Assembly: GCA_965207065.1 (NCBI GenBank)
Contig: OZ242260.1
Location: forward strand, 1,440,001-1,504,000
Length of the DNA stretch: 64,000 nucleotides
Source: a bacterium
GTDB taxonomy: Bacteria > UBA8248
Direction: 5' to 3'
Of this stretch, positions 20,287 through 30,053 are shown piece by piece. The translations under genes and the position numbers were made by a program. Each line of letters opens with the position of its first letter. Within the stretch, counting starts at the first letter, position 1. The notes beneath the pieces were generated by a model. That model made no database searches. It worked only from the letters and a program-made list of their open reading frames with translations, and was not told where the DNA came from.

Positions 20287-21693
20287 ATGAACGATTCAGA
20301 TTCGCTCATCACAGATGCCATCGTCAAATTTGTCTTGGAGACCGAATACGATAACATTCCTGAAGATGTACGAATAATCATGCGTCGCTGTTTCGTGGAT
20401 GGAATCGGTCTGATGGTTGCGGGTTCCACGGAAGAAAGTGGCCATATCATCCAAAACTACCTTAAGGAAATCGGAGGAGAGCCTGAGGCTCGGGTAATCG
20501 GGACAAGCATGATGGTGCCTGCGCATCTCGCCGCTTTGGCCAATGGCATCGCGGGCCACGCAATGGATTATGACGATACGCAGTTGAGCAGCTATCCGGA
20601 TCGCGTGTATGGCTTGTTGACTCACCCCACGTGTCCTGTGATGCCCGCTGCTCTGGCTCTTGCCGAGGCGCTTGGCGCAACGGGGCAGGAATTGCTCACC
20701 GCATTCGCGCTGGGATTCGAAGTGGAATGCAAGGTGGCGGAGGCGATTCGGCCGGATCATTACGTAAAAGGATTTCACTCCACGGGAACGATCGGCGCCA
20801 TCGGAGCGGCGACTGCAGCGGCGAAATTGATGGGATTGGATGAGCATCAATTGCGCATGTGCTACGGAATCGTTTGCTCGGAAAGCGCCGGTCTTCGTGC
20901 GAATTTTGGAACGATGACGAAGCCTTATCACTGCGGTCGCGCGGCGGAAAACGGCGTTGTGGCGGCGAGACTGGCGTCGGGTGGATACACTTCGGACCCC
21001 ACGGTTTTTGACGGACAATGGGGATTCTTCCAGATCATGGGTGGCGGCTGCGATAGAGATTATATTGTCGGGAAACTCGGCAACGCCTGGTCGGCGGTGG
21101 ATCCGGGCGTGTCGATTAAACCCTACCCTTGCGGTTCCCTAGCGCACCCCGCCATGGATGCCGCCAGGGATCTGATTTTGGAAAACGACATCAAACCCGA
21201 CCAGGTGAAAGAGTTGCGTTTCGGCACCACCTCGCGCGTACTCGAGCCTCTACGCTACAAGGAACCACAGAACGAGCTGGAGGCGAAATTCTCTTTACAG
21301 TTCGGCTTCGGCATCTTGCTACTCGAGCGCGCGGCCGGCATCACTCAATATAAAGACGAAGTCGTAAGTCGCCCCGATGTCGTAGAGATGATGAAAAAGA
21401 TAAATCCCTTTATGGACGATGAAATCGAAGCCCAGGGCTACGCGCTGATTCGCGGCAAGGTGGCGATAGAACTTGAAGACGGGACGGTGTACGAGAAAAT
21501 GTCGGAAATCTCTCGCGGCACTCCTCAGCGCCCCATGGATCGTGAGGAACTTTACGAGAAATTCACGGAATGCACTAGTTTAGTGTACGAGGGCGATCAG
21601 ATCGCCTTGATTGAAGCGATGCTCTATAAAATCGATACGCTCGAAAATATCCATGGTCTTATCGATCTTTTGGGCGAGAAAGTGGAAGTCTAA
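20287..21693 (+). CDS. MmgE/PrpD family protein
   Basis: NG.AGHAMDYDD, HP, GFHSTG, FGTMTKP.H.G, KPYPC, AKFS. Confidence 0.92.
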   Translation: MNDSDSLITDAIVKFVLETEYDNIPEDVRIIMRRCFVDGIGLMVAGSTEESGHIIQNYLKEIGGEPEARVIGTSMMVPAHLAALANGIAGHAMDYDDTQLSSYPDRVYGLLTHPTCPVMPAALALAEALGATGQELLTAFALGFEVECKVAEAIRPDHYVKGFHSTGTIGAIGAATAAAKLMGLDEHQLRMCYGIVCSESAGLRANFGTMTKPYHCGRAAENGVVAARLASGGYTSDPTVFDGQWGFFQIMGGGCDRDYIVGKLGNAWSAVDPGVSIKPYPCGSLAHPAMDAARDLILENDIKPDQVKELRFGTTSRVLEPLRYKEPQNELEAKFSLQFGFGILLLERAAGITQYKDEVVSRPDVVEMMKKINPFMDDEIEAQGYALIRGKVAIELEDGTVYEKMSEISRGTPQRPMDREELYEKFTECTSLVYEGDQIALIEAMLYKIDTLENIHGLIDLLGEKVEV

Positions 21694-21761
21694 ATTTTTC
21701 CCTCACCAGATGTGTATCGTTCGCCCAAGGGCCAGACTGACGAAATGCAAGGGACAAGAAA

Positions 21762-22157
21762 TTGGGTTTTCACCGTTGGGAAGACGTTCCGCAAACACAG
21801 AATCTTCGTAAGGGAACCATGCGCCGTGCAGCCGCGTTGGATGGGTTGACGATGCAGCGCGGCGAGATAGCTCCCGACACGCTGTTCGATGAGAGCACGA
21901 TTCATCGCCACCCCGAAGATCAGTTTATCGTCGTGCTTGAGGGTAAACTGAAAATGCACATCGATGGTGTCGAGGAATGGCTCGAGTCCGGTGGTTTCGC
22001 CTCCATCCCGGGCGGTGTGTTCCATAGCGCAACGGGCGTGGGGCCTGAGGGTGCGAAATACATTGAAGTATTGTCCTCGGGACGCATCGACTACTTGCCA
22101 GGCTATTTGGGTGAGCCGAAAAACGAATTCTTACATCAGAAGAAAGACGTTTCATGA
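21762..22157 (+). CDS. Cupin domain protein
   Basis: HRHPEDQ..VVLEG, IPGGVFHS. Confidence 0.8.
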   Translation: MGFHRWEDVPQTQNLRKGTMRRAAALDGLTMQRGEIAPDTLFDESTIHRHPEDQFIVVLEGKLKMHIDGVEEWLESGGFASIPGGVFHSATGVGPEGAKYIEVLSSGRIDYLPGYLGEPKNEFLHQKKDVS

Positions 22158-22546
22158 TGACAGAAGATGCGAAAAGAATTTTTGTCGTTTGCTCTGATTT
22201 GATGTTCTCCGCCGGTATTCGGGAAGTTGGAATATCGCAGGGAGTCTCATTGGAGTTCATCGATTCAGAGGAGAAATTTGACGAGGCTCTCGATAAATTT
22301 CGCGCCTCATTATTCATGTCCGATTTGCATCACCACAAACTAGGTGGTGAAACGGCAGGTGAACTCGTCAAAAAGCTAAAAGCCAGTCAAAAAAACAAAG
22401 AAGCGTTTACCATCGCCTGGGGAAAGCATACCGAGCCGGAGTTGCTCAAGTCGGCGGTTCAAGCGGGCTTTGACAAGGTAGTGCCCCGGTCCTTGTTTGT
22501 GAAAGAAATGCCAGAGTTCATTCGACAGGCAGCAAGTCGAATTTAA
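22154..22546 (+). CDS. Atypical receiver (CheY-like) domain protein
   Basis: DLMF, DL, A.G.H, A..AG.DKV.PRS.F pattern. Confidence 0.6.
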   Translation: MMTEDAKRIFVVCSDLMFSAGIREVGISQGVSLEFIDSEEKFDEALDKFRASLFMSDLHHHKLGGETAGELVKKLKASQKNKEAFTIAWGKHTEPELLKSAVQAGFDKVVPRSLFVKEMPEFIRQAASRI

Positions 22547-22554
22547 CTGACCGC

Positions 22555-22884
22555 ATGACCTCCCTTCGCCTTCGCATCGAAAAGAGACTCAACCCAGAAT
22601 CATTCGATGGTTCCCTCATCTGGTGGTTGCAAGTGCCAACGTCACGGCAAAATTACTTGCAAGCGATATTGGAAGGTTATGACGATTTAGGGTACTACCA
22701 AACTTTTCATGCTTGCGCCGAGAAAAACGAATATGGCGAACCTATGTCTCTTGCACGGCTGACTTCAACCATTGACGCGGAAGTCCAGATGAAGATGCTC
22801 CTCCGGGCGCTCTCTCGCGAAATTAACCTCAAAATTCTGGATGGCGCGCCTCCGTTCAAACCTTCAGAACAACCAAGAGTATAA
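22555..22884 (+). CDS. Hypothetical protein (DUF4911-like)
   Basis: YLQAILEGYDDLG...T motif. Confidence 0.45.
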   Translation: MTSLRLRIEKRLNPESFDGSLIWWLQVPTSRQNYLQAILEGYDDLGYYQTFHACAEKNEYGEPMSLARLTSTIDAEVQMKMLLRALSREINLKILDGAPPFKPSEQPRV

Positions 22885-22894
22885 AGGCATCCCG

Positions 22895-23722
22895 ATGACG
22901 CGGTGTTTTCTCTCGCGCTTGTTCCTGGCTTTATTGTTGGTTTTGGGATTTTGGACCCATGCTTCTGCGCTGGATCGCCTGAAAATTGCGACTACGACGA
23001 GTACAGAGAATTCCGGATTGCTCAAGCAATTACATCCGGTATTCGAGAAGAAATATCTTGTTTCCGTACACACCATATCCGTAGGCACGGGGAAAGCATT
23101 GCGCTTGGGGCAAAATGGCGATGTGGATGTTGTGCTCGTCCATGCGAAAAAGGCGGAAGATTTGTTCATGGCCAGCGGCTACGGTGCTCGCAGAAGAGCC
23201 GTCATGTATAACGATTTTGTGATCGTGGGCCCGCCGTCGGACCCTGCCGGAGTATTCAAGACATTCGATGTATCCGAAGCTCTGCTCCAGATAGAGAATT
23301 CGAAAAGCCTTTGGTTCAGCAGGGGCGATGATTCCGGAACACACAAGAAGGAAATGGAACTTTGGAGAGATGCCGGCGTCGGCGTGTTTGGTTCCTGGTA
23401 TCGCGCTTTGGGCCAAGGAATGGGCAGAACGCTGATGGCGGCGGATGAGAAAAGCGGATACACGCTTACGGACAGAGGCACGTATATCGCTCTCGTTGCG
23501 AACAGAAAAGTTTCTCTCAAGATTCAAGGTCCGAGAGGAGAGCGTCTGCACAACCCCTATAGCGTGATTGCCGTGAACCCAAAGCGCCATCCGCACGTGA
23601 AAATCGATTTGGCGGTGAAATACATCGATTTTCTTACATCCGGCGAGGGGCAAGACATCATCCGTGATTTTCGGCTCATGGGAAAGCAACTCTTTTATCC
23701 AAACGCGAAAACCCCCCGTTGA
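22895..23722 (+). CDS. tupA: Tungstate ABC transporter substrate-binding protein
   Basis: ATTTSTENSGLL, GTGKAL, NDF, SRGDDSGTH.KE, GQGMG, DRGT. Confidence 0.92.
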   Translation: MTRCFLSRLFLALLLVLGFWTHASALDRLKIATTTSTENSGLLKQLHPVFEKKYLVSVHTISVGTGKALRLGQNGDVDVVLVHAKKAEDLFMASGYGARRRAVMYNDFVIVGPPSDPAGVFKTFDVSEALLQIENSKSLWFSRGDDSGTHKKEMELWRDAGVGVFGSWYRALGQGMGRTLMAADEKSGYTLTDRGTYIALVANRKVSLKIQGPRGERLHNPYSVIAVNPKRHPHVKIDLAVKYIDFLTSGEGQDIIRDFRLMGKQLFYPNAKTPR

Positions 23723-23743
23723 TGGGCTTGGAGGAGGAGCGTC

Positions 23744-24430
23744 TTGGAGTTCTTGCTTGATGGGTTTGCCGATGGGTTGATGCGTGTGCTTCGGGCGGAC
23801 CCGCATGTCATGCTCGCCGCCTGGGTGACCATCAAGGTAGGTATTTGGGCTACGATACTAGCGTCTCTTATCGGCTTGCCGGTTGGGTTTTTACTGGCGA
23901 TGGGCCGCTTTAGAGGACGCGGGTTTGCTATCACACTCCTCCAGACATCACTGGGCTTGCCGACCGTCGTTATCGGGCTGCTCGCGTATGGTTTCCTCTC
24001 CAGGCGAGGTCCTTTGGGATTCGCCGACTTGTTGTTCACTCCCTCGGCCATAGTTGTTGGTTTGGTTGTCCTGGCGGTTCCACTCGTGGCGGTTTTCTCT
24101 ATGACGTCTGTCGCATCCGTGGACGGAAGGGTACGGGAAACAGCCCTGACATTGGGCGCGTCGAACGGGCTTGTGGCATGGACGGTGCTGCGCGAAGCAC
24201 GCTTCGGGATGATAGCGGCGGTGCTGGCGGCATTTGGCCGTGTATCCTCGGAAGTGGGAATCGCCATGATGCTCGGAGGGAATATAGAAGGATATACACG
24301 AACCCTGACCACAGCCATTGCGCTTGAAAGCATGAAAGGTGAATTCGGTTTCGGGATCGCGCTGGGCGTTGTGCTTTTGGCGATCATTTTCGTGACGAAT
24401 CTTCTTTCTCGCTATATTCAAAGGTCCTGA
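23744..24430 (+). CDS. tupB: Tungstate ABC transporter permease
   Basis: LPTVVIGL, SRRGPLG, AFGR..SEVG..MMLGGNI.G.TR.LTTAIALE. Confidence 0.92.
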   Translation: MEFLLDGFADGLMRVLRADPHVMLAAWVTIKVGIWATILASLIGLPVGFLLAMGRFRGRGFAITLLQTSLGLPTVVIGLLAYGFLSRRGPLGFADLLFTPSAIVVGLVVLAVPLVAVFSMTSVASVDGRVRETALTLGASNGLVAWTVLREARFGMIAAVLAAFGRVSSEVGIAMMLGGNIEGYTRTLTTAIALESMKGEFGFGIALGVVLLAIIFVTNLLSRYIQRS

Positions 24431-24431
24431 T

Positions 24432-25076
24432 ATGGAAGTGTTTTTTCTGGAAAACGTGAAATTTCGGTTTGAGGCCGAATTGGTTCTGGATATCGATAAG
24501 GTGACGGTCTCGTCCGGAGAGGTGGTACTGCTCACTGGAGCGAATGGTTCCGGTAAAACAACGCTCTTGCGCGTGATGGCGGGTTTGCTTACGCCTGAGG
24601 ATGGTGTCATCAAATATAAGAGTGAACCCATCATTTACGGCAAAGCAGGACTCGAACACAGGAGAAGGGTCACGCTCCTTGCCCAGGAACCGTATCTTTT
24701 CCGGGGAAACGTTTTGCTGAATGTTTCTTATGGGCCCCGTGCGCGTGGGATGAGCAAATCGCAAGCGAATGAATTAGCTGAAGAGGCCATTCTCAATACG
24801 CGATGCGAAGGTTTGATTGACCGAGACGCTGCAAAACTCTCTGGAGGGGAGAAAAAGCGCGTTGCCCTCGCGAGGGCATTAGCGGCGGGAGCGGAAACCC
24901 TTCTCCTGGATGAGCCCATCTCTCATTTGGACGAGGAAAACAGCAAACTGATTGTCGAAATCATCAAAGAGTTAGCCGCCTCTGGAATTACTTTGGTCGT
25001 GAGCACTCACATACCGGAATGGGCAAGTTCTCTTTCATTGAAGAATGTGCGGCTTGCATATGGCAAAGTTGTGTAA
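24432..25076 (+). CDS. tupC: Tungstate ABC transporter ATPase
   Basis: GANGSGKT, LSGGE, LLLDEP; follows tupAB. Confidence 0.88.
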   Translation: MEVFFLENVKFRFEAELVLDIDKVTVSSGEVVLLTGANGSGKTTLLRVMAGLLTPEDGVIKYKSEPIIYGKAGLEHRRRVTLLAQEPYLFRGNVLLNVSYGPRARGMSKSQANELAEEAILNTRCEGLIDRDAAKLSGGEKKRVALARALAAGAETLLLDEPISHLDEENSKLIVEIIKELAASGITLVVSTHIPEWASSLSLKNVRLAYGKVV

Positions 25077-25077
25077 T

Positions 25078-25830
25078 TCAGGGCAAATTGGCTTCATCGA
25101 CATGGTGTGAATCCCCGAACAGATCGGCTTCAAGTGGACCTCCGCGCCAAACGGGAAACTTCCTGACATAATAATCTACCAACCCTGCCTCGAACACTTT
25201 AGATTGTGTGTAATCGGTGGCTTGTTTTTGGGAACGGTGGCATGCGTGCGCATTTAACCTCGCATGTGGATATCTCCTACCATCGACTATGGTTGTGTAG
25301 TCGTCCCGATATATGAGGTCGGAGCGATTGTATATATTGCGCCTTTTCACTGGCGATATCCGGTGGTAAAGGCGTTTGGACGCAGCATTTGGATTTGTCC
25401 TCACAAGCCGATGGAAAGCCTTTGTGACCCAGCCTCCCAGGGCGATATGGTCTGGGTGTCCGGTAACGCCGTCTTCCCCATATGTCACGACCACGTCGGG
25501 AGTGAAATTTCGAATGAATTCTTCGATGCGGGGAAGAATTTCTTGTTCCTCGATAAATTTCAATCCGCGATCCGGGTAGTTCCAGAGTGTCATGTCTTTG
25601 ATACCTAGCACATGGCAGGCGTCTTTCAGTTCCGCTTCCCGGACATCGCCCAATTCATCAGGCTTGCATACACCGTTCGTGAGGCCTGCTTCTCCACGTG
25701 TGAAGGTAAGCAGGCCCATTCGTACGCCCTGGTTTGCGTAAAGCGTGATTGTGGCCGGGTTTCCGAAGGATTCATCATCCGGATGTGCGTAAATGTGGAG
25801 AATGGAACGCTGGGAGATAGCTTTATTCAT
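25078..25830 (-). CDS. PIG-L/LmbE family deacetylase
   Basis: AHPDDE, TRGEAG, R..E, GHPDH, H.SQ. Confidence 0.9.
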   Translation of the reverse strand: MNKAISQRSILHIYAHPDDESFGNPATITLYANQGVRMGLLTFTRGEAGLTNGVCKPDELGDVREAELKDACHVLGIKDMTLWNYPDRGLKFIEEQEILPRIEEFIRNFTPDVVVTYGEDGVTGHPDHIALGGWVTKAFHRLVRTNPNAASKRLYHRISPVKRRNIYNRSDLIYRDDYTTIVDGRRYPHARLNAHACHRSQKQATDYTQSKVFEAGLVDYYVRKFPVWRGGPLEADLFGDSHHVDEANLP

Positions 25831-26159
25831 AACGAAGAATGAGTTGGGGAGCCTCCAAACAAATAAGGCTTGCATATTACCATTTCAAATCATTAGTTCA
25901 AGATTTACGCCTTCCGTTTTTCTTTTTTTATGGGCTTCCTCGTGAGCAAAATAACAGATTGCGCCATCAATTCATGGAATCAGATGTCACCCAGCGACAA
26001 ATGGTTTTTCCAAATTCCGTCCTCTTGCCCTGTATCTCTCTTTGGTTTATATGAAACATACGACCACGAGACCCTGAAATTTGTTATCATCAAACCAATA
26101 TTGAGTTGATGCTGATCAGTGATTCGTAAAACCCTGTTCCATAACAAGGAGTCGGTATT

Positions 26160-27317
26160 GTGGAGTTAGTCATTTCAAGGGATACGTTGCTCAGAGCCCT
26201 GCAGACAATACAAGGTGTTGTCGAAAACAGAAGCAGCGCAATGCCCATATTGCAAAATGTGCTTGTCGAGACCGAAGGCAACAAGAATATCCGCTTGTTG
26301 GGCACGAACCTTGATATCAGCATGCGCGGAATTTTCGAGGCTGAAGTAGAGAAAGCAGGGCAAGTTACGCTGAATGCAAGGAAATTGTTCGATATTGTCC
26401 GAGAACTTCCTGAAGCGGAAGTCCATTTCACGGAAGAAGACGGACAGTGGATTGAAATGCGCTGTGAGCGCTCGAAATTCCGTTTTCCGGGATTGCCGCC
26501 TGCAGAATTCCCCGCACTCCCAGAGTCGAAAGAATCAGACGCACATACTATTTCTGCTTCGGTATTATCGGAAATGATTCGAAAGACGATGTTTGCGATT
26601 TCTCAGGACGAGACGCGCTATACATACAATGGCGTTTTCATGGAAACCGAAGCCGATATCCTGCGCCTCGTCGCTACCGATGGCCATCGGTTGGCTATGA
26701 TTGAGCGCCCGAGCGAAGGGTTGGTGCTTCATGAAGGAGTAATTGTCCACAAAAAAGCTTTGGGAGAACTCGTGAAGCTCTTGCAAGGCATTGAGGGTGA
26801 AGTATCCGTCTCTCTTACTCACGTCTCAAGCGGTCAGGGCTTGTCTCTTTCTGGAGATGAAGCGTCAGCCTCCCTCACTCCGAATCACATCATTTTTCAA
26901 ATGGAAAATATTGCGCTATCGGCCCGGCTGATAGACGGTGAATTTCCGAAATACAGACAAGTGATTCCGGATAACAATGAGCACTCCATTTTGATGAACC
27001 GGGAAAGTTTAACACAAGCACTCAGGCGGGTTGCGCTTTTCACGAACGAAACGCGCATGGTGAAGTTCGCGTTTACCCCGGGCCAGTTGAAGTTGACGAC
27101 GAACGGTTCAGAGGCGGGAGAGGCTGAGGAAATCATAGAATCGAACGCGCAGACCGACATTACGATTGGATTTAATTCAAGGTATTGTCTGGATGCGCTA
27201 TCCATATTGGAAGAAGAGCAAATCTGCATGGATTTAAAGGATTCGCTGAGTCCCGGGGTACTCTCTCCCAAGGACTCGGATGGTTATACATATGTTGTAA
27301 TGCCGATGCGTGTCTAA
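26160..27317 (+). CDS. dnaN: DNA polymerase III beta clamp
   Basis: PILQNVL, VATDGHRL, RLIDGEFP.Y..VIP, GFNSRY, VVMPMRV. Confidence 0.95.
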   Translation: MELVISRDTLLRALQTIQGVVENRSSAMPILQNVLVETEGNKNIRLLGTNLDISMRGIFEAEVEKAGQVTLNARKLFDIVRELPEAEVHFTEEDGQWIEMRCERSKFRFPGLPPAEFPALPESKESDAHTISASVLSEMIRKTMFAISQDETRYTYNGVFMETEADILRLVATDGHRLAMIERPSEGLVLHEGVIVHKKALGELVKLLQGIEGEVSVSLTHVSSGQGLSLSGDEASASLTPNHIIFQMENIALSARLIDGEFPKYRQVIPDNNEHSILMNRESLTQALRRVALFTNETRMVKFAFTPGQLKLTTNGSEAGEAEEIIESNAQTDITIGFNSRYCLDALSILEEEQICMDLKDSLSPGVLSPKDSDGYTYVVMPMRV

Positions 27318-27398
27318 ACAGCTGTTCGGTTTGCCAAGGGTTGAATTGATGCAGCAAGTTTCCCCCTAAATGAGATAATTGGGGGATGGTGATCTCTT

Positions 27399-27432
27399 AG
27401 GCGCCTCTTTAGTGGGGCGCCTGTATTTTTTC
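27399..27432 (+). terminator. Putative intrinsic terminator after dnaN
   Basis: AGGCGCCTC-TTTAGT-GGGGCGCCT followed by a T tract. Confidence 0.6.
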
Positions 27433-27450
27433 TGTCGTGGATTCGGTTAG

Positions 27451-28686
27451 ATGAAGTTCTATTATTCAGAAAACGCGAGTGAGAATTCGAGCCGCTATTA
27501 TGGCTGGGTGATAGTGGGTCTCACTTTTTTCACCATGGCTGTCGGTGGCTCCATTGTCGGAACGTTTCCTGTTTTTTATGTGGCTTTTCTCGATGAATTC
27601 GGTTGGTCCCGTGCGGACACCGCCTTGGCGTTTTCCTTTTCGATGGCTACGTTTGCGATATCCGCAGGCTTTATTGGGGCTATGGTAGACCGATGGGGCC
27701 CAAGAGTCATAATCCCCACGGGAATCACGATTCTGGGCGTCGGCCTTGTGTTGATGTCAAAAGTTTCGAGTTTATCCACCTTGTATTTTTTCTATGGGGG
27801 CGTCGTAGCACTAGGCGTTACCATGTTTGGGTTTATTCCTACGAGCACGGTAGTTAGTCAATGGTTTGCGCAACGCCGCTCCGTGGCGATGGGGATATCG
27901 TTATCGGGAAGGAGTTGTGGCGGCATCCTCATGGTTCCGTTTTCCGCCTATCTAATCGCGACTTTCGGATGGCGCGCGGCGTATGTTTTGTTGGCGATTG
28001 GCATCATCGTCTTGTTGGTTCCCCTGAATGTGCTTTTACACCGCAGCCGCGCCGACGTAACGGAAAGAAAATCAGGGGCTGCCTCCGGGTCGAACTGGAC
28101 CTTGAAGGAAGCTCTGTCTGATTCGGTTTTTTGGCTGTTGTTTCTGGCGGGGATGTTTAATGGCGTTGGCTTCAGCGTCGTCGGCGTGCACCAGGCCGCT
28201 CACATGGTTGATGTGGGAATGAGCACCATAAAAGCCGCCTCTCTGATAGGAGGCCTGGCTGTTGTCAGAGCCTTGGGAGGTATTTTGGGAGGATGGGTAG
28301 GAGACAAGATCGGGCGGACCCGAACTTTTTATCTGCTCAGCTTGGTCGCCATGTCGGGCGTAATTCTGTTGATGAATTTATCTGAACGTCTTGTTTGGCT
28401 GGGATATGCATATGTTCTGGTGTATGGCATTGGCGCCGGTGCTCGTGGTGCGATTTTCGTATCGCTCAAGGCGGATATTTTTGGCGGCAAGAATTTTGGT
28501 CGAATCTTGGGATTCAGCCAAACGGGAGGGGGATTGGCCTCTGCCGTTGGGCCTTGGGCCGCGGGATATATTTTTGACTTGTGGGGAAGTTATTACTGGG
28601 CTTTCATTCTCGTGCTGGTTGTTCAAGTCTTGTCGCTTATCGCAGTAGCGGCGGCGTCATCGAAAGCAAAGAGAAGAAAAGGATGA
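27451..28686 (+). CDS. MFS transporter (oxalate/formate-antiporter-like)
   Basis: YYGWVIV, G..VDRWGPR, WF..RR..A.G, DKIGR. Confidence 0.88.
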   Translation: MKFYYSENASENSSRYYGWVIVGLTFFTMAVGGSIVGTFPVFYVAFLDEFGWSRADTALAFSFSMATFAISAGFIGAMVDRWGPRVIIPTGITILGVGLVLMSKVSSLSTLYFFYGGVVALGVTMFGFIPTSTVVSQWFAQRRSVAMGISLSGRSCGGILMVPFSAYLIATFGWRAAYVLLAIGIIVLLVPLNVLLHRSRADVTERKSGAASGSNWTLKEALSDSVFWLLFLAGMFNGVGFSVVGVHQAAHMVDVGMSTIKAASLIGGLAVVRALGGILGGWVGDKIGRTRTFYLLSLVAMSGVILLMNLSERLVWLGYAYVLVYGIGAGARGAIFVSLKADIFGGKNFGRILGFSQTGGGLASAVGPWAAGYIFDLWGSYYWAFILVLVVQVLSLIAVAAASSKAKRRKG

Positions 28687-28701
28687 ATATCGAGACAGTA
28701 T

Positions 28702-29274
28702 TCAGGAAGCCGCTTTCTCTTTTTCTGCAATCATCGATTCGATGAAGGAAATCATGCTTTCGGGTGCTGTTTGTTCAATATTCAATGTGCCGTGATAAAG
28801 AGTTGAATCGGCGAAATCGACATTGAAGAAATATTGGGAAAACAAACCCTGATCCCGGTCTGATCTCTTGATGGTTTCTTCCGCCGCAGTTCTCGTTACA
28901 CCTGATGATTCCATGAAGTGGCGGATACGGGCTTCCAGGCTGCCGACGATTCGAAGATGCAGGGCGTCGGTCCGATCCTTCAAGAGTACTTGACCACCCC
29001 ATCCGCCGATAACCACATTCCCTTTGTCCGCCGCTTCATTCATGCAATCAGACAAAACGTCTCGCAAGCTGTCTCTTCCGACGCCAAAGGTACGTTCCAG
29101 GATTGTTGGAGCGCGGCCTTCTATTTTCTCCAAATCCAGGGTCAAACCTCTTTGCTCGCAAATTTCAACGAGCTCGTCGCGCCCGAGAAACGCATGGCCC
29201 AGTTTGTCCGCGAGCTGGTGCGCAATGAAAATTCCACCGGTACCGTATTGACGTGAAATGGTGACGACGGCCAT
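28702..29274 (-). CDS. Cytidylate kinase-like family protein
   Basis: VVTISRQYGTGG..IA..LA..LG. Confidence 0.8.
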   Translation of the reverse strand: MAVVTISRQYGTGGIFIAHQLADKLGHAFLGRDELVEICEQRGLTLDLEKIEGRAPTILERTFGVGRDSLRDVLSDCMNEAADKGNVVIGGWGGQVLLKDRTDALHLRIVGSLEARIRHFMESSGVTRTAAEETIKRSDRDQGLFSQYFFNVDFADSTLYHGTLNIEQTAPESMISFIESMIAEKEKAAS

Positions 29275-29454
29275 GTGAAATCTCCTTTTTAGCAATCTCC
29301 GATATGGTGAATACTTATTCGAATGATCTTATCAAAAATTATCATGACACACGAGCTTGATGAAAAGCGCGTTGTTCCATTTCACTTGGCGAGATAGAGG
29401 TGAAAGGTGTCTTCGGGTATTCTTCTGCTGACAGATTCTGAGTAACCCGTTTCG

Positions 29455-30048
29455 ATGATCACTAATGGAGAGTTCGTTTTTGTGACGATTCCACCCGAAG
29501 AACTTCTTGAACGTCTTGGTGTGCATACTTCGCTGTATTCCGCTGATGAAGATGGGATTTTCGCCGTCCTGAATGATCAGCAAAAAGGCCATTTTTTTGC
29601 AGTCGATCGCGCAAGCGGCAACTTCCGCTGGCGAGTGGAGAACACAGCGGGCTGGGTGATAGCGCCTCCTCTCATCTGGGAGGATATCTACATCGTGGGT
29701 ACGAGCAGCGCGGAAATGAAAAGGGAAGAAAAAGGAGGAACGTTTGCGACTGTAGACTGGAAGCGAGGAGGTTCCGTTTATGCTTTCGGAGCAATTGATG
29801 GCGCCGTGCGGTTTTGGGATGAAAGAACAGGTGTGGTTAGAAATACCCCCGTTGCCGAAGATGGCGTCTTGGTGGTGGAAGGAGAAGTTCGGGTGGGCGG
29901 GTTTCAGGATGAAGAGCCGTGGTCTTCATCCTGCGAGGTGGAAAGCCGGTTTTCTTTAACCACAAAACGCCTGATCGCCCGCCGCGTGCGAGGGGATGTT
30001 CCCTCCGGATATTTTGAGGGAGAAGCGCCGCCAACCGAGTGGGTGTGA
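29455..30048 (+). CDS. PQQ-binding-like beta-propeller repeat protein
   Basis: FAVDRASG..RW, VYAF...DG...FW; start uncertain. Confidence 0.5.
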   Translation: MITNGEFVFVTIPPEELLERLGVHTSLYSADEDGIFAVLNDQQKGHFFAVDRASGNFRWRVENTAGWVIAPPLIWEDIYIVGTSSAEMKREEKGGTFATVDWKRGGSVYAFGAIDGAVRFWDERTGVVRNTPVAEDGVLVVEGEVRVGGFQDEEPWSSSCEVESRFSLTTKRLIARRVRGDVPSGYFEGEAPPTEWV

Positions 30049-30053
30049 GGTTC

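Noticed and set aside
25876-26159. oriC upstream of dnaN
   Set aside because: No cluster of DnaA boxes and no dnaA seen
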